From the NCBI RefSeq assembly GCF_003334385.1, contig NZ_QOWN01000003.1: a stretch of 64,000 nt of DNA. The stretch is one strand, 5' to 3'. This stretch comes from Escherichia coli (lineage in GTDB: Bacteria > Pseudomonadota > Gammaproteobacteria > Enterobacterales > Enterobacteriaceae). Within the stretch, counting starts at the first letter, position 1. Every line of letters starts with the position of its first letter. The notes under the pieces are model-generated. The model worked only from the letters and a program-made list of their open reading frames with translations. It was not told the origin of the DNA and searched no databases. The translations under genes and the position numbers were made by a program. Below, in pieces: positions 34,764 to 49,856 of this stretch.

Positions 34764-36038
34764 ATGGCAAGCAGTAACTTGATTAAACAATTGCAAGAGC
34801 GGGGGCTGGTAGCCCAGGTGACGGACGAGGAAGCGTTAGCAGAGCGACTGGCGCAAGGCCCGATCGCGCTCTATTGCGGCTTCGATCCTACCGCTGACAG
34901 CTTGCATTTGGGGCATCTTGTTCCATTGTTATGCCTGAAACGCTTCCAGCAGGCGGGCCACAAGCCGGTTGCGCTGGTAGGCGGCGCGACGGGTCTGATT
35001 GGCGACCCGAGCTTCAAAGCTGCCGAGCGTAAGCTGAACACCGAAGAAACTGTTCAGGAGTGGGTGGACAAAATCCGTAAGCAGGTTGCCCCGTTCCTCG
35101 ATTTCGACTGTGGAGAAAACTCTGCTATCGCGGCGAACAACTATGACTGGTTCGGCAATATGAATGTGCTGACCTTCCTGCGCGATATTGGCAAACACTT
35201 CTCCGTTAACCAGATGATCAACAAAGAAGCGGTTAAGCAGCGTCTCAACCGTGAAGATCAGGGGATTTCGTTCACTGAGTTTTCCTACAACCTGTTGCAG
35301 GGTTATGACTTCGCCTGTCTGAACAAACAGTACGGTGTGGTGCTGCAAATTGGTGGTTCTGACCAGTGGGGTAACATCACTTCTGGTATCGACCTGACCC
35401 GTCGTCTGCATCAGAATCAGGTGTTTGGCCTGACCGTTCCGCTGATCACTAAAGCAGATGGCACCAAATTTGGTAAAACTGAAGGCGGCGCAGTCTGGTT
35501 GGATCCGAAGAAAACCAGCCCGTACAAATTCTACCAGTTCTGGATCAACACTGCGGATGCCGACGTTTACCGCTTCCTGAAGTTCTTCACCTTTATGAGC
35601 ATTGAAGAGATCAACGCCCTGGAAGAAGAAGATAAAAACAGCGGTAAAGCACCGCGCGCCCAGTATGTACTGGCGGAGCAGGTGACTCGTCTGGTTCACG
35701 GTGAAGAAGGTTTACAGGCGGCAAAACGTATTACCGAATGCCTGTTCAGCGGTTCTTTGAGTGCGCTGAGTGAAGCGGACTTCGAACAGCTGGCGCAGGA
35801 CGGCGTACCGATGGTTGAGATGGAAAAGGGCGCAGACCTGATGCAGGCACTGGTCGATTCTGAACTGCAACCTTCCCGTGGTCAGGCACGTAAAACTATC
35901 GCCTCCAATGCCATCACCATTAACGGTGAAAAACAGTCCGATCCTGAATACTTCTTTAAAGAAGAAGATCGTCTGTTTGGTCGTTTTACCTTACTGCGTC
36001 GCGGTAAAAAGAATTACTGTCTGATTTGCTGGAAATAA
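34764..36038 (+). CDS. tyrS: tyrosyl-tRNA synthetase
   Basis: 424 aa from [10 protein letters not shown]; HIGH (HLGH) and KFGKT class I motifs; track start 34752 is 4 codons upstream. Confidence 0.95.
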
Positions 36039-36053
36039 TGCATTAAGTGGAAA

Positions 36054-36086
36054 GGGGGAGTGAGAAATCACTCCCCCTGGTTTTTA
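36054..36086 (+). terminator. intrinsic terminator/attenuator between tyrS and pdxY
   Basis: GGGGGAGTGA-GAAA-TCACTCCCCC followed by TGGTTTTTA; pdxY starts 11 nt later. Confidence 0.6.
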
Positions 36087-36096
36087 TACAGGGAAC

Positions 36097-36960
36097 ATGA
36101 TGAAAAATATTCTCGCTATCCAGTCTCACGTTGTTTATGGTCATGCGGGTAACAGTGCGGCAGAGTTTCCGATGCGCCGCCTGGGCGCGAACGTCTGGCC
36201 GCTGAACACCGTTCAATTTTCTAATCACACCCAATACGGCAAATGGACTGGCTGCGTGATGCCGCCCAGCCATTTAACCGAAATTGTGCAAGGCATTGCC
36301 GCCATTGATAAATTACACACCTGTGATGCCGTATTAAGTGGCTATCTGGGATCGGCGGAGCAGGGTGAACATATCCTCGGTATCGTCCGTCAGGTGAAAG
36401 CCGCGAATCCGCAGGCGAAATATTTTTGCGATCCGGTAATGGGTCATCCGGAAAAAGGCTGTATCGTTGCACCGGGTGTCGCAGAGTTTCATGTGCGGCA
36501 CGGTTTGCCTGCCAGCGATATCATTGCGCCAAATCTGGTTGAGCTGGAAATACTCTGTGAGCATGCGGTAAATAACGTCGAAGAAGCGGTTCTGGCAGCG
36601 CGCGAACTCATTGCGCAAGGGCCACAAATTGTGTTGGTTAAACACCTGGCGCGAGCTGGCTACAGCCGTGACCGTTTTGAAATGCTGCTGGTCACCGCCG
36701 ATGAAGCCTGGCATATCAGCCGTCCGCTGGTGGATTTTGGTATGCGCCAGCCGGTAGGTGTTGGTGATGTGACGAGCGGTTTACTGCTGGTGAAACTGCT
36801 TCAGGGGGCAACGCTGCAGGAGGCGCTGGAACATGTGACCGCTGCAGTCTACGAAATCATGGTGACCACCAAAGCAATGCAGGAATATGAGCTGCAAGTG
36901 GTGGCTGCTCAGGATCGTATTGCCAAACCAGAACATTACTTCAGCGCAACAAAGCTCTGA
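36097..36960 (+). CDS. pdxY: pyridoxal kinase 2
   Basis: 287 aa ribokinase-like PL kinase. Confidence 0.9.
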   Translation: MMKNILAIQSHVVYGHAGNSAAEFPMRRLGANVWPLNTVQFSNHTQYGKWTGCVMPPSHLTEIVQGIAAIDKLHTCDAVLSGYLGSAEQGEHILGIVRQVKAANPQAKYFCDPVMGHPEKGCIVAPGVAEFHVRHGLPASDIIAPNLVELEILCEHAVNNVEEAVLAARELIAQGPQIVLVKHLARAGYSRDRFEMLLVTADEAWHISRPLVDFGMRQPVGVGDVTSGLLLVKLLQGATLQEALEHVTAAVYEIMVTTKAMQEYELQVVAAQDRIAKPEHYFSATKL

Positions 36961-36972
36961 AATATCTCATTT

Positions 36973-36996
36973 CGGCCCACAACGACCTGTGGGCCG
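36973..36996. terminator. hairpin between convergent pdxY and gstA
   Basis: CGGCCCAC-N8-GTGGGCCG stem-loop. Confidence 0.45.
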
Positions 36997-37003
36997 ATGG
37001 CTA

Positions 37004-37609
37004 TTACTTTAAGCCTTCCGCTGACAGCGCGTCTTGTACTTCCGGACGTTCAGCCATACGTTGCATAAATGCTGCAATGTGCTCTAACCCTTCCAGATTC
37101 AGTTTCACCGCGTATGCCCAGCGCAGAACCGTAAACAGATAGGCATCAGCAATTGTAAATCTTTGCCCGCAGATCCAGTGCTCATCCTTCAGTGCCTCGT
37201 TCACATATTGCAGCTTCTTCTCCAGCTGCGCGCGAACTGTCGGTTTGTACTCTTCCGGTGTATCAGGGCGAAACAGAGGTGTGAAACCTTTATGCAGCTC
37301 GGTGGCGATGTAATTCAGCCATTCGATGGTTTTATAGCGGGAAATACTGTTTACCGGTGCCAGCAACTGGCGGTCGGGGACGCTGTCGGCAAGATACTGC
37401 ATAATCGCTACGCCTTCCGTCAGCAAAGTACCGTCATCCAGCAGCAATGCAGGCACCTGCCCCTTAGGGTTAACGGCAAAGTAATCGTCACCGTTTTCGA
37501 GACGTTTTTTCATTAAATCCACACTGACGAGGGTAAAATCCTTTCCGCTCTCACGCAGGGTGATATGGGAAGCGAGAGAGCAGGCACCCGGTTTGTAGAA
37601 CAATTTCAT
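37004..37609 (-). CDS. gstA: glutathione S-transferase
   Basis: 201 aa, [17 protein letters not shown]-terminus. Confidence 0.9.
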
Positions 37610-37670
37610 CGGTAACTCCTTTTGTCTGTGGTTTAAAGTATGGTAGTGCGTTGCTGAACAAAAAAAAAGC

Positions 37671-37701
37671 CGCTAACGAAAAGTTAGCGGCTTGTAAAAG
37701 A
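37671..37701 (-). terminator. intrinsic terminator downstream of dtpA
   Basis: GCCGCTAAC-GAAAA-GTTAGCGGC stem preceded on plus strand by A8 (U8 on the dtpA transcript). Confidence 0.6.
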
Positions 37702-37714
37702 GTTTCCCTGAATT

Positions 37715-39217
37715 TTACGCTACGGCTGCTTTCGCCGCTTTGTCTGCAGCGTCATCCTGCGTCATGCGGTGCAGTTTCGGCGCGGTCAGCAGCATCAGTA
37801 CTGCAATAACGGCAGTAGCGACACCAATCTGCAAGAATACGCGACCATAGACTTCCAGTGACATCAGCGGATCGGTAACGTTATCCGGCACAGCCATCAT
37901 ACCCGCAACATAACCACCAATCAGGTTTGCACCGGCAGTGGTCAGGAACCAGCTACCCATAATGAAGCCCATCAGACGCTGCGGAACGAGTTGAGCAACC
38001 ATTGCCAGACCCAGACCAGAGATCATCAGTTCCCCGATGCTCTGCAGGCCATAGCTTGCGACCAGCCAGCTTACAGACACGATACCAGCGTCAGACGCGA
38101 ATTTCGCACCCAGCGGCAGAATCAGGAACGCACCAGAACACATCACCATGCCGATTGCAAACTTGGTTGGCATCGGCAGGGTATCGCCCATCTTGTTATA
38201 GATAGCGGCCAGAATCGGACTACCGATGATGATCCAGAACGGGTTCAGTGCCTGATACTGCTCAGGTTCTACGGCCAGACCCAGAATGGAGTGCTCAACG
38301 TTACGAATCGCAAAGAAGTTCAGTGACGTTGGCATCTGGCTGTACAGCACGAAGAAGATAATGGCTTCGAGCATCAGGATGAAGGCAACGATCATTTTAC
38401 GACGCGCAGCACCTTTCATCGCGAAGGCTTCTTTACCGAAGATAACCACGATACCGAAGGCAACAACGCCCAGCGCCATACGCGCAACTTCCTGATTGTG
38501 CAGCAGCCAGGTGGCGATAGCGATCAGTGCCACAACACCAATAATGGTCAGCAGCAGGTTACGGTAGTTGATAGGCTCGAAGTCTGGTTTTGAACCGTAC
38601 TGTTTAACCCAGCGTTGGCAGAAGGCGAAGTTAACGATAGTGATCAGCAGGCCTACAACGCTCAACGCAAACGCAACACTCCAGCCGTATTTCGCGGCCA
38701 GCCACGGCGTAGCAATCATAGAGAAGAAAGAGCCGATGTTGACGGACATGTAGTACATGGTGAATGCACCGTCCAGACGCGGGTCGTTTTTCTCATAGCA
38801 TGTAGAAAGCAGAGAAGACGGGTTAGCTTTAAACAGGCCGTTACCGACCGCAATAGCCGCCATACCCATATAAACGATACCGGCGTCGTGACCAGACCAG
38901 GCAACCAGAGCATAACCAATCGCCAGCACAATAGCGCCGAGCATAATTACGCGTTTAGTACCCAGTACCTTGTCACCTAACCAGCCGCCGATAGCGACCA
39001 GACCATAAACCAGGGCACTAAAGGAAGAGAAAAGGGTGATTGAATCCGCTTCAGACATACCCAGTTGTTTAACCAGGTAAACAGCCATAATTCCTTGTAG
39101 GCCGTAATAACCAAAACGTTCCCATAACTCAATCGAGAAGATGAGATAGAACGCCTTCGGTTGTTTGAAAGCGTTCAAACTGACGCTTTCAGTTGGTTTT
39201 TGGTTTGCAGTGGACAC
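37715..39217 (-). CDS. dtpA: proton-dependent di/tripeptide permease DtpA (POT family)
   Basis: 500 aa polytopic ORF, GTG start; 610-bp upstream regulatory region. Confidence 0.9.
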   Translation of the reverse strand: MSTANQKPTESVSLNAFKQPKAFYLIFSIELWERFGYYGLQGIMAVYLVKQLGMSEADSITLFSSFSALVYGLVAIGGWLGDKVLGTKRVIMLGAIVLAIGYALVAWSGHDAGIVYMGMAAIAVGNGLFKANPSSLLSTCYEKNDPRLDGAFTMYYMSVNIGSFFSMIATPWLAAKYGWSVAFALSVVGLLITIVNFAFCQRWVKQYGSKPDFEPINYRNLLLTIIGVVALIAIATWLLHNQEVARMALGVVAFGIVVIFGKEAFAMKGAARRKMIVAFILMLEAIIFFVLYSQMPTSLNFFAIRNVEHSILGLAVEPEQYQALNPFWIIIGSPILAAIYNKMGDTLPMPTKFAIGMVMCSGAFLILPLGAKFASDAGIVSVSWLVASYGLQSIGELMISGLGLAMVAQLVPQRLMGFIMGSWFLTTAGANLIGGYVAGMMAVPDNVTDPLMSLEVYGRVFLQIGVATAVIAVLMLLTAPKLHRMTQDDAADKAAKAAVA

Positions 39218-39801
39218 TTTTACCTCTTTTTTTACATCCCATATTAACGGGGGTGCTTTCTCGCGTTATGTATAAAAAACATACGCGCAATTGTTATAGT
39301 GGGAGGGGAAACGGCAGGTAATGTTCACTATCTTGCACTTTCAGACAAGTCCTTTGTAATAATCTGTTACATATAACTGAGGCGGGGAATTCAACCATTC
39401 CGGGAAATGTTATCCAGCGTTAAATTTTTCAAAAAACGTAACGGCAGATTTTTTCACTGCACTGAGAGGGGGGTGATGGCTTAACGGCGATATGTTCTGC
39501 TATTTAGCGTTTTTACTAGTGAGATAGTCCAGTTTCTGAAAAATAGCCAGTGTAATGTTTTGTAGGTCAATATTTGTTGCGTGTGTAAATTTAAATGATT
39601 TTAACCTGATTCTTGCAATGTTTTTACATTGCGACAGCATCGTGATCTTGATCACGAATGAATAGAAAATTTCGCTATTAAAAAAACAATTAACCTGCAT
39701 TTTTGGTTATCCGCAAACGGATTACCTGATGATAACGCTAAGCAATGGCATCATTGACGTTAAAAAGATGTTTTAAAAGAGGATAAAGAAAGGTTATCAA
39801 T

Positions 39802-39829
39802 GGGGTAATCGGTGTTACCCCTTTTCTTC
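39802..39829. terminator. hairpin at nth 3' end
   Basis: GGGGTAA-TCGGTG-TTACCCC with T-run on plus strand overlapping the nth stop codon. Confidence 0.4.
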
Positions 39830-40463
39830 AGATGTCAACTTTCTCTTTGTATTCACAAAGATCTTCAATAATACAAGAGCCACAGCGGGGCTTGCGGGCA
39901 ATGCAGGTATAACGCCCGTGCAGGATCAACCAATGGTGGCAGTCGACTTTAAACTCTGCTGGAACCACTTTCAGTAGCTTTTCTTCTACCTGTTCGACGT
40001 TTTTCCCCGGCGCAAATTGAGTACGATTACAAACGCGGAAAATGTGCGTGTCGACAGCAATAGTCGGCCAGCCGAATGCAGTGTTTAATACGACGTTGGC
40101 TGTTTTACGACCTACGCCGGGCAGGGCTTCAAGCGCAGCACGATCTTCCGGAACCTCGCCATTATGCTGCTCCAGCAAGATACGGCAGGTTTTGATGATA
40201 TTTTCTGCTTTGCTGTTATAAAGCCCAATCGTTTTGATATAGGTTTTCACCCCTTCAACGCCCAGTTCAAGCATCGCTGCAGGCGTATTCGCCACCGGGT
40301 AGAGTTTCGCCGTCGCCTTATTAACACTGACATCGGTCGCCTGAGCGGAAAGCAGTACGGCAATCAGCAATTCAAAAGGCGAACTGAAATTAAGCTCGGT
40401 GGTGGGATGAGGATTGTTCTCACGCAGGCGAGTGAGGATCTCCAGGCGTTTTGCTTTATTCAT
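39828..40463 (-). CDS. nth: endonuclease III
   Basis: 211 aa; C-terminal 4Fe-4S motif CxxxxxxCxxCxxxxxC; last gene of the rsx-nth cluster. Confidence 0.95.
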   Translation of the reverse strand: MNKAKRLEILTRLRENNPHPTTELNFSSPFELLIAVLLSAQATDVSVNKATAKLYPVANTPAAMLELGVEGVKTYIKTIGLYNSKAENIIKTCRILLEQHNGEVPEDRAALEALPGVGRKTANVVLNTAFGWPTIAVDTHIFRVCNRTQFAPGKNVEQVEEKLLKVVPAEFKVDCHHWLILHGRYTCIARKPRCGSCIIEDLCEYKEKVDI

Positions 40464-41158
40464 CAGACATTCCCTGTTTCACCGTTTGGCAATGCACGTT
40501 CTGCAGCTGCTTCAGCACGGCGCTTTTTCATTCTTTCATCAATCAGGTATTTTCCTGCCAGCATCAGTCCCAGGCCAATAAATGCACCTGGTGGCAGCAT
40601 CGCCAGCAGGAAAGGGGAGTCGGTGTGGAAAATCTCCACGCGTAATACTTTTGCCCAGCTACCTAACAGCGCATCTGCACCGTCAAACAATGTGCCATTG
40701 CCGATAATTTCGCGTAGTGAACCCAGCACGAACATGGCGCAGGTTGCGCCCATACCAATTGAAAAGCCGTCCAGTGCCGAAAGCGCCGGACCTTTTTTGG
40801 CGGCGAAGGCTTCAGCGCGGCCCACAACGATACAGTTAGTGACAATCAGCGGAATAAAAATCCCTAATGATTGATACAGGCCAAAGGCGTAGGCGTTGAT
40901 CAGCATCTGTACAGCGCTGACCACCGAGGCGATGATCATCACGTAAATGGGAATGCGGATCTCGGCTGGCGTCCAGTGACGCAGCGTCGAAATGGTCAGG
41001 TTGGTCAGCGTCAGTACCAGCGTAGTCGCAAGTCCTAAACCCAGAGCGTTAGTGGCAGTGGACGTGACCGCCAACAGAGGACAAAGGCCGAGCAACTGGA
41101 CCAGCGCAGAGTTGTTTTTCCACAACCCCTGAACAATAACGTCTTTAATTTCGCTCAC
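40463..41158 (-). CDS. rsxE: Rnf/Rsx complex subunit E
   Basis: 231 aa membrane ORF; 1-nt overlap with nth. Confidence 0.9.
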   Translation of the reverse strand: MSEIKDVIVQGLWKNNSALVQLLGLCPLLAVTSTATNALGLGLATTLVLTLTNLTISTLRHWTPAEIRIPIYVMIIASVVSAVQMLINAYAFGLYQSLGIFIPLIVTNCIVVGRAEAFAAKKGPALSALDGFSIGMGATCAMFVLGSLREIIGNGTLFDGADALLGSWAKVLRVEIFHTDSPFLLAMLPPGAFIGLGLMLAGKYLIDERMKKRRAEAAAERALPNGETGNV

Positions 41159-41161
41159 GCT

Positions 41162-41782
41162 TTATTCTCCACAGGCAGGAAGTTGAGAAAGTTGTGCCGG
41201 TAACGTCTGAGCGTACAATCCGGCGCGTTTTACCGCATTAACCACCGCGCGGGGAGTAATCGTCGCGCCGGTGAACTGGTCGAAATCACCACCATCTTTC
41301 TTCACCGCCCAGTGCGCATCATCTGCACCACTGATTTTTTTACCCGCAAAATGGGTGATCCAGTCAGAAAGGCGCAGTTCGATTTTATCGCCAAGCCCTG
41401 GCGTTTCGTGGTGCTCTGTCACGCGCGTGCCAAGTACCGTGCCGTTAAAATCGGCTCCCACCAGCAGCTGAATCGCACCGGAATAGCCATCTGGCGCGGT
41501 TGCTTCCAGAACGGCGGCTACCGGTTTGTCATCCTGTTTGGCGATGTAAACCCGATGCTCACCTTTACCTAACTCTGGCGCAGTTACCAGATAGCAACTC
41601 TGTGCCAGCGCATTGTTATAGCGTTCGGCTGGCAGCACCTGATCAAATAACGCCTTTTGTTGCAGACTGGCCTGTTCAGCAATCGTCGTTTTGGTCATCT
41701 GGTTGATGGCCGCAGTTAACCCTGTTGAACCCGCTGCAAATAGCGCCAACGTAATGCCGTGTTTTCGGATAGTTTTCAGCAT
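41162..41782 (-). CDS. rsxG: Rnf/Rsx complex subunit G (FMN-binding)
   Basis: 206 aa. Confidence 0.9.
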   Translation of the reverse strand: MLKTIRKHGITLALFAAGSTGLTAAINQMTKTTIAEQASLQQKALFDQVLPAERYNNALAQSCYLVTAPELGKGEHRVYIAKQDDKPVAAVLEATAPDGYSGAIQLLVGADFNGTVLGTRVTEHHETPGLGDKIELRLSDWITHFAGKKISGADDAHWAVKKDGGDFDQFTGATITPRAVVNAVKRAGLYAQTLPAQLSQLPACGE

Positions 41783-41785
41783 GGT

Positions 41786-42844
41786 TTACCCTTTGCGATG
41801 GCCGTAGACGCGCGGACGCGTGTAGTAATCGATCAGAGGAACCGTGATGTTCGCCAGCAGGACGGCAAAAGCCACGCCGTCAGGATAGCCGCCGAAACTG
41901 CGGATCAACCAGACTAATAAGCCCGCAAGCGCGCCGAAAATAAGACGACCACGATTGGTCGTAGAAGCGGTAACCGGGTCAGTCAAAATAAAGAATGCGC
42001 CGAGCATGGTCGCTCCAGACAGCAGATGAATTTGCGGTGCTGCCAGTGTTTCTGGTGAGAACAACCAGCCCAACATTGCGCATAACGCCAGCGTTACTAA
42101 GAAGCTGAGGGGAATATGCCAGCGAATCGCTTTCTGCCATAGCAACCATACGCCGCCAGCCAGCCAGGCGAGATTTACCCATTGCCAACCAGCGCCCGCC
42201 AGAATACCGCTGTAGATCGGATATTGCATAATCTGTTCAACCGAATGACCGGCACGGACAGAGGTTTTAAATGTATCCAGCGGTGTCGCCTGACTAATGC
42301 CATCAATACCTAAGCGTAGTGTGTTCATATCACCACCACTGGCGGTATGACCGCTAAAAATAACCTGGATGGCGTCGATAAAACCAGGGATGTTGACCGC
42401 AATTTCATGTGGCGGTAACCAGCTGGTCATCTGCACGGGGAAGGAGATCAGTAAGACCACATAACCAATCATTGCCGGATTAAACGGGTTTTGTCCCAGA
42501 CCGCCATACAACTGTTTAGCGATGATCACCGCAAACACCGTACCCAGCACGACCATCCACCATGGCGCGAGGGGGGGAATACTTACCGCCAGCAATAAGC
42601 CTGTCAGCAATGCTGAGTTATCTTTCAACGTTGCGGCTACCGACTGCTTGCGTAGTTTGAGTACGAGAGCTTCGGCTAACAGAGCACTAACCGATGCCAA
42701 CAGGATCTGAACGAGAGTACCCCAACCAAAAAACCACAGTTGCGCTGCGATTCCTGGCACGGCTGCGAGCAACACCAACAGCATAATGCGCGATGTCTGG
42801 CGCTGGTTATGGGTATAAGGGGAGCTAGCTATTCTGAATACCAT
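41786..42844 (-). CDS. rsxD: Rnf/Rsx complex subunit D
   Basis: 352 aa polytopic membrane ORF. Confidence 0.9.
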   Translation of the reverse strand: MVFRIASSPYTHNQRQTSRIMLLVLLAAVPGIAAQLWFFGWGTLVQILLASVSALLAEALVLKLRKQSVAATLKDNSALLTGLLLAVSIPPLAPWWMVVLGTVFAVIIAKQLYGGLGQNPFNPAMIGYVVLLISFPVQMTSWLPPHEIAVNIPGFIDAIQVIFSGHTASGGDMNTLRLGIDGISQATPLDTFKTSVRAGHSVEQIMQYPIYSGILAGAGWQWVNLAWLAGGVWLLWQKAIRWHIPLSFLVTLALCAMLGWLFSPETLAAPQIHLLSGATMLGAFFILTDPVTASTTNRGRLIFGALAGLLVWLIRSFGGYPDGVAFAVLLANITVPLIDYYTRPRVYGHRKG

Positions 42845-45637
<2,793 letters not shown>

Positions 45638-45638
<1 letters not shown>

Positions 45639-46219
45639 TACAACTTCACCAAACCACTAAAGCCCATAAAGGCCAGAGACATAAGACCTGCGGTAATTAA
45701 CGCAATGGCATTACCGCGAAAAGGTGCCGGGACATCAGCCACAGCAAGGCGTTCGCGGATGGCGGCGAAGAGCACCATCACCAGCGAGAAACCGACAGCG
45801 GCGGAAAAACCGTACAGCGCCGACTGCAAGAAATTGTGCCCGAGATTGATATTCAGCAACGCCACGCCGAGCACTGCACAGTTGGTGGTGATAAGCGGCA
45901 AAAAAATCCCCAGCAGACGGTAAAGCACCGGGCTGGTTTTGCGCACCACCATCTCGGTGAACTGCACGACCACAGCAATCACCAGAATAAATGCCAGGGT
46001 GCGCAGGTAAATCAGATTAAGTGGGATCAAAATCCACGTATCGATAAGCCAGGCGCAAATAGACGCTAGCGTCATCACAAACGTTGTTGCCAGCCCCATG
46101 CCCATCGCGGTTTCCAGTTTTTTGGAAACCCCCATAAACGGACAGAGACCGAGAAACTTGACCAGTACAAAGTTATTGACCAGTACAGTTCCGACAAACA
46201 GTAACAGGTAGTCAGTCAT
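45638..46219 (-). CDS. rsxA: Rnf/Rsx complex subunit A
   Basis: 193 aa membrane ORF, first gene of rsxABCDGE-nth. Confidence 0.9.
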
Positions 46220-46295
46220 TTTTCGGCCTGAAATAAAAAAGCCGCCTATTATCCGTTAATCCAGAGCAGGCGACAACAGGTTAACTGTAAGGTTA

Positions 46296-46736
46296 TTACG
46301 GATTCACAAACGTCGCTTTTACCCGCGACGAGCGTTTGAAATAGGGGACGATCAATGCGGTTGCCAACAAAGTAAACAGCAACTGGCGAACGGCTATGCC
46401 ATCTTCCACGGGTGAAAAAGCGAATGCTTTTACTGCCAGCAATACGGAAATAAGCAGCCAGATAATATAGTGTTTAGGAACACAACGCCGACGTTTAAAG
46501 AAAGCGATGGTCAACCACAGTGTGTAATACCACAAGGCGATAGCGGTAATAAAAGAAACGCCCCATAAGATTTGTGTCGTCAGTGCTTGTCCGCCGAGCG
46601 TTTGAAATGTTTGCGGAGAAGATAACGCAGCGGTATACAGCAACAACGCCAGCGTCGTACTCAACAGAGCGACTAAAAGCCAGGCCAACGGGCCAAGCAA
46701 CCAGCCTCCAATACGTTGTGGCGTTGTGGTGGTCAT
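46296..46736 (-). CDS. ydgK: inner membrane protein YdgK
   Basis: 146 aa from MTTTTPQRIGGW; track ORF extended 8 codons upstream. Confidence 0.75.
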   Translation of the reverse strand: MTTTTPQRIGGWLLGPLAWLLVALLSTTLALLLYTAALSSPQTFQTLGGQALTTQILWGVSFITAIALWYYTLWLTIAFFKRRRCVPKHYIIWLLISVLLAVKAFAFSPVEDGIAVRQLLFTLLATALIVPYFKRSSRVKATFVNP

Positions 46737-46821
46737 AGGTTCTCCAGAATAGCGACGCAAACAGGCAAATCTAATTTTAGGGGCGTTATTATAAGGCTTT
46801 TATAACCGATCGCTACTTTCT

Positions 46822-47037
46822 TTATTGGACATAGTGCCAGACGGACTTCGGTACCTGGCCGAGGTCAAACAAACGCCCGCCAGAAACCAGCTCTGCGCGA
46901 CGGTGATCGGCAGCACGATACATATTGATCAGTTCCTGATCGTCCGTCAGGGTGTAATTAAGATGGTCGTAGAGTTTTTCCAGACTTTCGAGTGAACTGA
47001 TTTTGCGAAATTTTAATAAGTAGTCCTGAACAGTCAT
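46822..47037 (-). CDS. cnu: Hha-family nucleoid-associated protein Cnu (YdgT)
   Basis: 71 aa, [26 protein letters not shown]. Confidence 0.85.
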
Positions 47038-47309
47038 AAAAGGTCCATAAAATAATTAATACCAAAGGGGTAGGTATTATTAGTGATGATAAAATTTCAC
47101 CAAAAGTGAACGCTTGTGTTATTACAATAATAAGAATGCGCTGATGGCAAATATTCAGGGATGAAAAACTGCTCTGAAAAGAGTAACGCGCTTTACTATC
47201 CCTGACAATCACCAACAACATCGAACAAGATAATAAATTCCTGGTTTAATATCCGACAAGTGAAAACATGCACCCGGACGGGCAGCATGTCGCTCCACAA
47301 GTGCAGAGC

Positions 47310-47435
47310 TTACTTGTGTTGTACCGAAGCACTCTGTTCAGGTGGCTGATAGTTGTCAATGTGACTCGCCACGCCAAGAAGAATGACTGAAACGACAAGA
47401 ACGATCCAACCTGTTAATTCAATAAGACGATTCAT
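47310..47435 (-). CDS. blr: 41-aa small membrane protein Blr
   Basis: Internal Met of track ORF 47310..47510: MNRLIELTGWIVLVVSVILLGVASHIDNYQPPEQSASVQHK, single TM helix. Confidence 0.6.
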   Translation of the reverse strand: MNRLIELTGWIVLVVSVILLGVASHIDNYQPPEQSASVQHK

Positions 47436-47677
47436 TACAGCCCACATCTCTCTTGATTGATCCATTAACTTCAGGGGGTAAATGTTACTTAGCAATAATA
47501 GCTCCAGCAAGATTTTTACTGAGGTTTTTGCGATATTTAGCTTTTGTCGTTGGAAAATTCGCTATTTTTTTGACTTAAGTTAAACAACATCCCTTATTGC
47601 TGGCAGGTTATTAAACTGTTGAGCGTGGGTAAAGGATAGTGTCAAATAGCCATCATACTTCAATGAGAGGCAATGAC

Positions 47678-48718
47678 ATGAGCGACAACATCCGTGTTGG
47701 GTTGATTGGGTATGGTTATGCGAGCAAAACCTTCCATGCGCCCCTGATTGCGGGCACGCCCGGGCTGGAACTGGCGGTAATCTCCAGCAGTGATGAAACA
47801 AAAGTAAAAGCCGACTGGCCAACGGTTACGGTTGTCTCTGAGCCGAAGCATCTGTTTAACGATCCCAACATAGACCTGATTGTCATTCCTACACCCAACG
47901 ATACCCATTTCCCGTTAGCCAAAGCGGCGCTTGAGGCGGGTAAACATGTGGTCGTTGATAAACCCTTTACCGTGACACTGTCACAAGCGCGAGAGCTGGA
48001 TGCGCTGGCAAAAAGCCTGGGGCGTGTGCTGTCTGTATTCCATAACCGTCGCTGGGATAGCGATTTCTTGACGCTAAAAGGTTTACTCGCGGAAGGCGTG
48101 CTGGGTGAAGTTGCTTACTTTGAGTCTCATTTTGACCGCTTCCGTCCGCAGGTGCGCGATCGTTGGCGTGAACAGGGCGGCCCAGGCAGCGGTATCTGGT
48201 ACGATTTAGCACCACATCTTCTTGATCAGGCCATTACGCTTTTTGGTTTACCGGTCAGCATGACGGTAGATTTGGCACAGTTACGGCCCGGAGCGCAGTC
48301 GACCGATTATTTCCACGCCATCTTGTCCTATCCACAGCGGCGAGTCATTTTACACGGTACCATGCTGGCAGCCGCTGAGTCAGCACGGTATATCGTGCAT
48401 GGATCCCGAGGCAGTTATGTGAAATATGGCCTCGATCCACAGGAAGAACGTCTGAAAAATGGCGAGCGTCTACCGCAGGAAGACTGGGGCTACGATATGC
48501 GTGATGGCGTACTTACCCGCGTGGAAGGTGAGGAACGTGTCGAAGAAACGCTGTTGACGGTGCCTGGGAATTATCCGGCTTACTATGCGGCTATTCGTGA
48601 TGCGTTAAATGGCGATGGTGAAAATCCGGTTCCGGCAAGCCAGGCAATCCAGGTAATGGAGTTGATTGAGCTGGGCATCGAATCCGCCAAACATCGCGCG
48701 ACTTTGTGCCTTGCATGA
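47678..48718 (+). CDS. ydgJ: Gfo/Idh/MocA-family oxidoreductase YdgJ
   Basis: 346 aa from MSDNIRVGLIGYGYASK (Rossmann motif); track ORF begins 13 codons upstream. Confidence 0.85.
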   Translation: MSDNIRVGLIGYGYASKTFHAPLIAGTPGLELAVISSSDETKVKADWPTVTVVSEPKHLFNDPNIDLIVIPTPNDTHFPLAKAALEAGKHVVVDKPFTVTLSQARELDALAKSLGRVLSVFHNRRWDSDFLTLKGLLAEGVLGEVAYFESHFDRFRPQVRDRWREQGGPGSGIWYDLAPHLLDQAITLFGLPVSMTVDLAQLRPGAQSTDYFHAILSYPQRRVILHGTMLAAAESARYIVHGSRGSYVKYGLDPQEERLKNGERLPQEDWGYDMRDGVLTRVEGEERVEETLLTVPGNYPAYYAAIRDALNGDGENPVPASQAIQVMELIELGIESAKHRATLCLA

Positions 48719-48750
48719 AAAATGGATGGTGCATTTGCACCATCCATTTT
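48719..48750. terminator. bidirectional terminator between convergent ydgJ and add
   Basis: AATGGATGGTGCA-TT-TGCACCATCCATT perfect 13-bp stem flanked by A-run and T-run. Confidence 0.55.
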
Positions 48751-48751
48751 G

Positions 48752-49753
48752 TTACTTCGCGGCGACTTTTTCTCGCAGTGCGCGTTTTTCCTCAGCGCTG
48801 AGGAAAGCCATTTCCAGACCATTAATCTGTGCCTGGCGGATTTGCTCGCGGGATAACCCAGCAGCTGGCGCGGCAACGGTATATTCGTGAATGATATCCA
48901 CTCCCTGTACGCCGGGATCGTCAGTGTTAATGCTGGCACGAATGCCATGCTCAAGGAACGTTTTCAGCGGATGTGCAGCCAGCTCTGCTACGGTGCTGGT
49001 CTGAATATTGGAGGTCAGACAGGATTCAATACCAATTTGTTGCTCGGCGAGAAAATCCATCAGCGCCCGATCTTCAATGGCTTTTACGCCATGTCCAATA
49101 CGCTCCGCACCCAGTTCACGAATCGCCTGCCAGATGCTTTCCGGCCCGGCAGCTTCGCCTGCATGGACGGTAATATGCCAGCCCGCATCACGCGCGCGGT
49201 TGAAGTGAGAAAGGAACAGACTTCCCGGGAAACCAAGTTCATCACCGGCTAAATCAAGTGCGGTAATCTGGTCACGGTGGGCTAAAAAGGCCTCCAGCTC
49301 TTGCTGACAGGCGGCTTCGCCGAAGGTCCGGCTCATAATGCCGATAAGCTTCGCCTGCACACCAAAGGTGCGGCAACCTTCACGTACGCCATCGATCACC
49401 GCTTCGACAACACCCGCTACAGGCAGCTGATGTGCCATTGCCATGTAGCCTGGTGAAAAACGCAGCTCGACATAGTGCAGGCCGTGACGGGCTGCATCTT
49501 CAATGTTTTCAAATGCCACGCGGCGACAGGCATCAAGAGAGGCGAGAACTTTAACGCCCCAGTCAAGTTTGGTCAGAAAGCTCACCAGATCGGGTTCGTT
49601 GGCAATGACCTGAACGTGGGGAATCAGTGTTTCCAGGGATTGTGCAGGAAGCGAGATATTATACTGGCGGCCAAGTTCAAGAATGGTCTGGGGACGAATG
49701 TTGCCATCAAGGTGGCGATGGATATCAGTTAATGGCAGGGTGGTATCAATCAT
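48752..49753 (-). CDS. add: adenosine deaminase
   Basis: 333 aa; N-terminal metal-binding HxH region (DIHRHLDG). Confidence 0.95.
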
Positions 49754-49856
49754 GGTCGCACTCTTTTTCTGGATATAAAAGTGCGCACCATTATAAAAAC
49801 AAAGCAGGGTAAAAATCCACGATTGCGCAACGATTTTTTACGTTGCGCAATTGGGG

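Noticed and set aside
34929-35699. 256-aa ORF antisense to tyrS
   Set aside because: Nested opposite tyrS, which has HIGH and KMSKS-type motifs; shadow ORF.
39500-39700. 66-aa ORF in the dtpA upstream region
   Set aside because: AT-rich, low-complexity translation with no RBS; the region is more likely regulatory.
40164-40874. 236-aa ORF antisense to nth/rsxE
   Set aside because: Spans the nth-rsxE junction on the opposite strand with no independent support.
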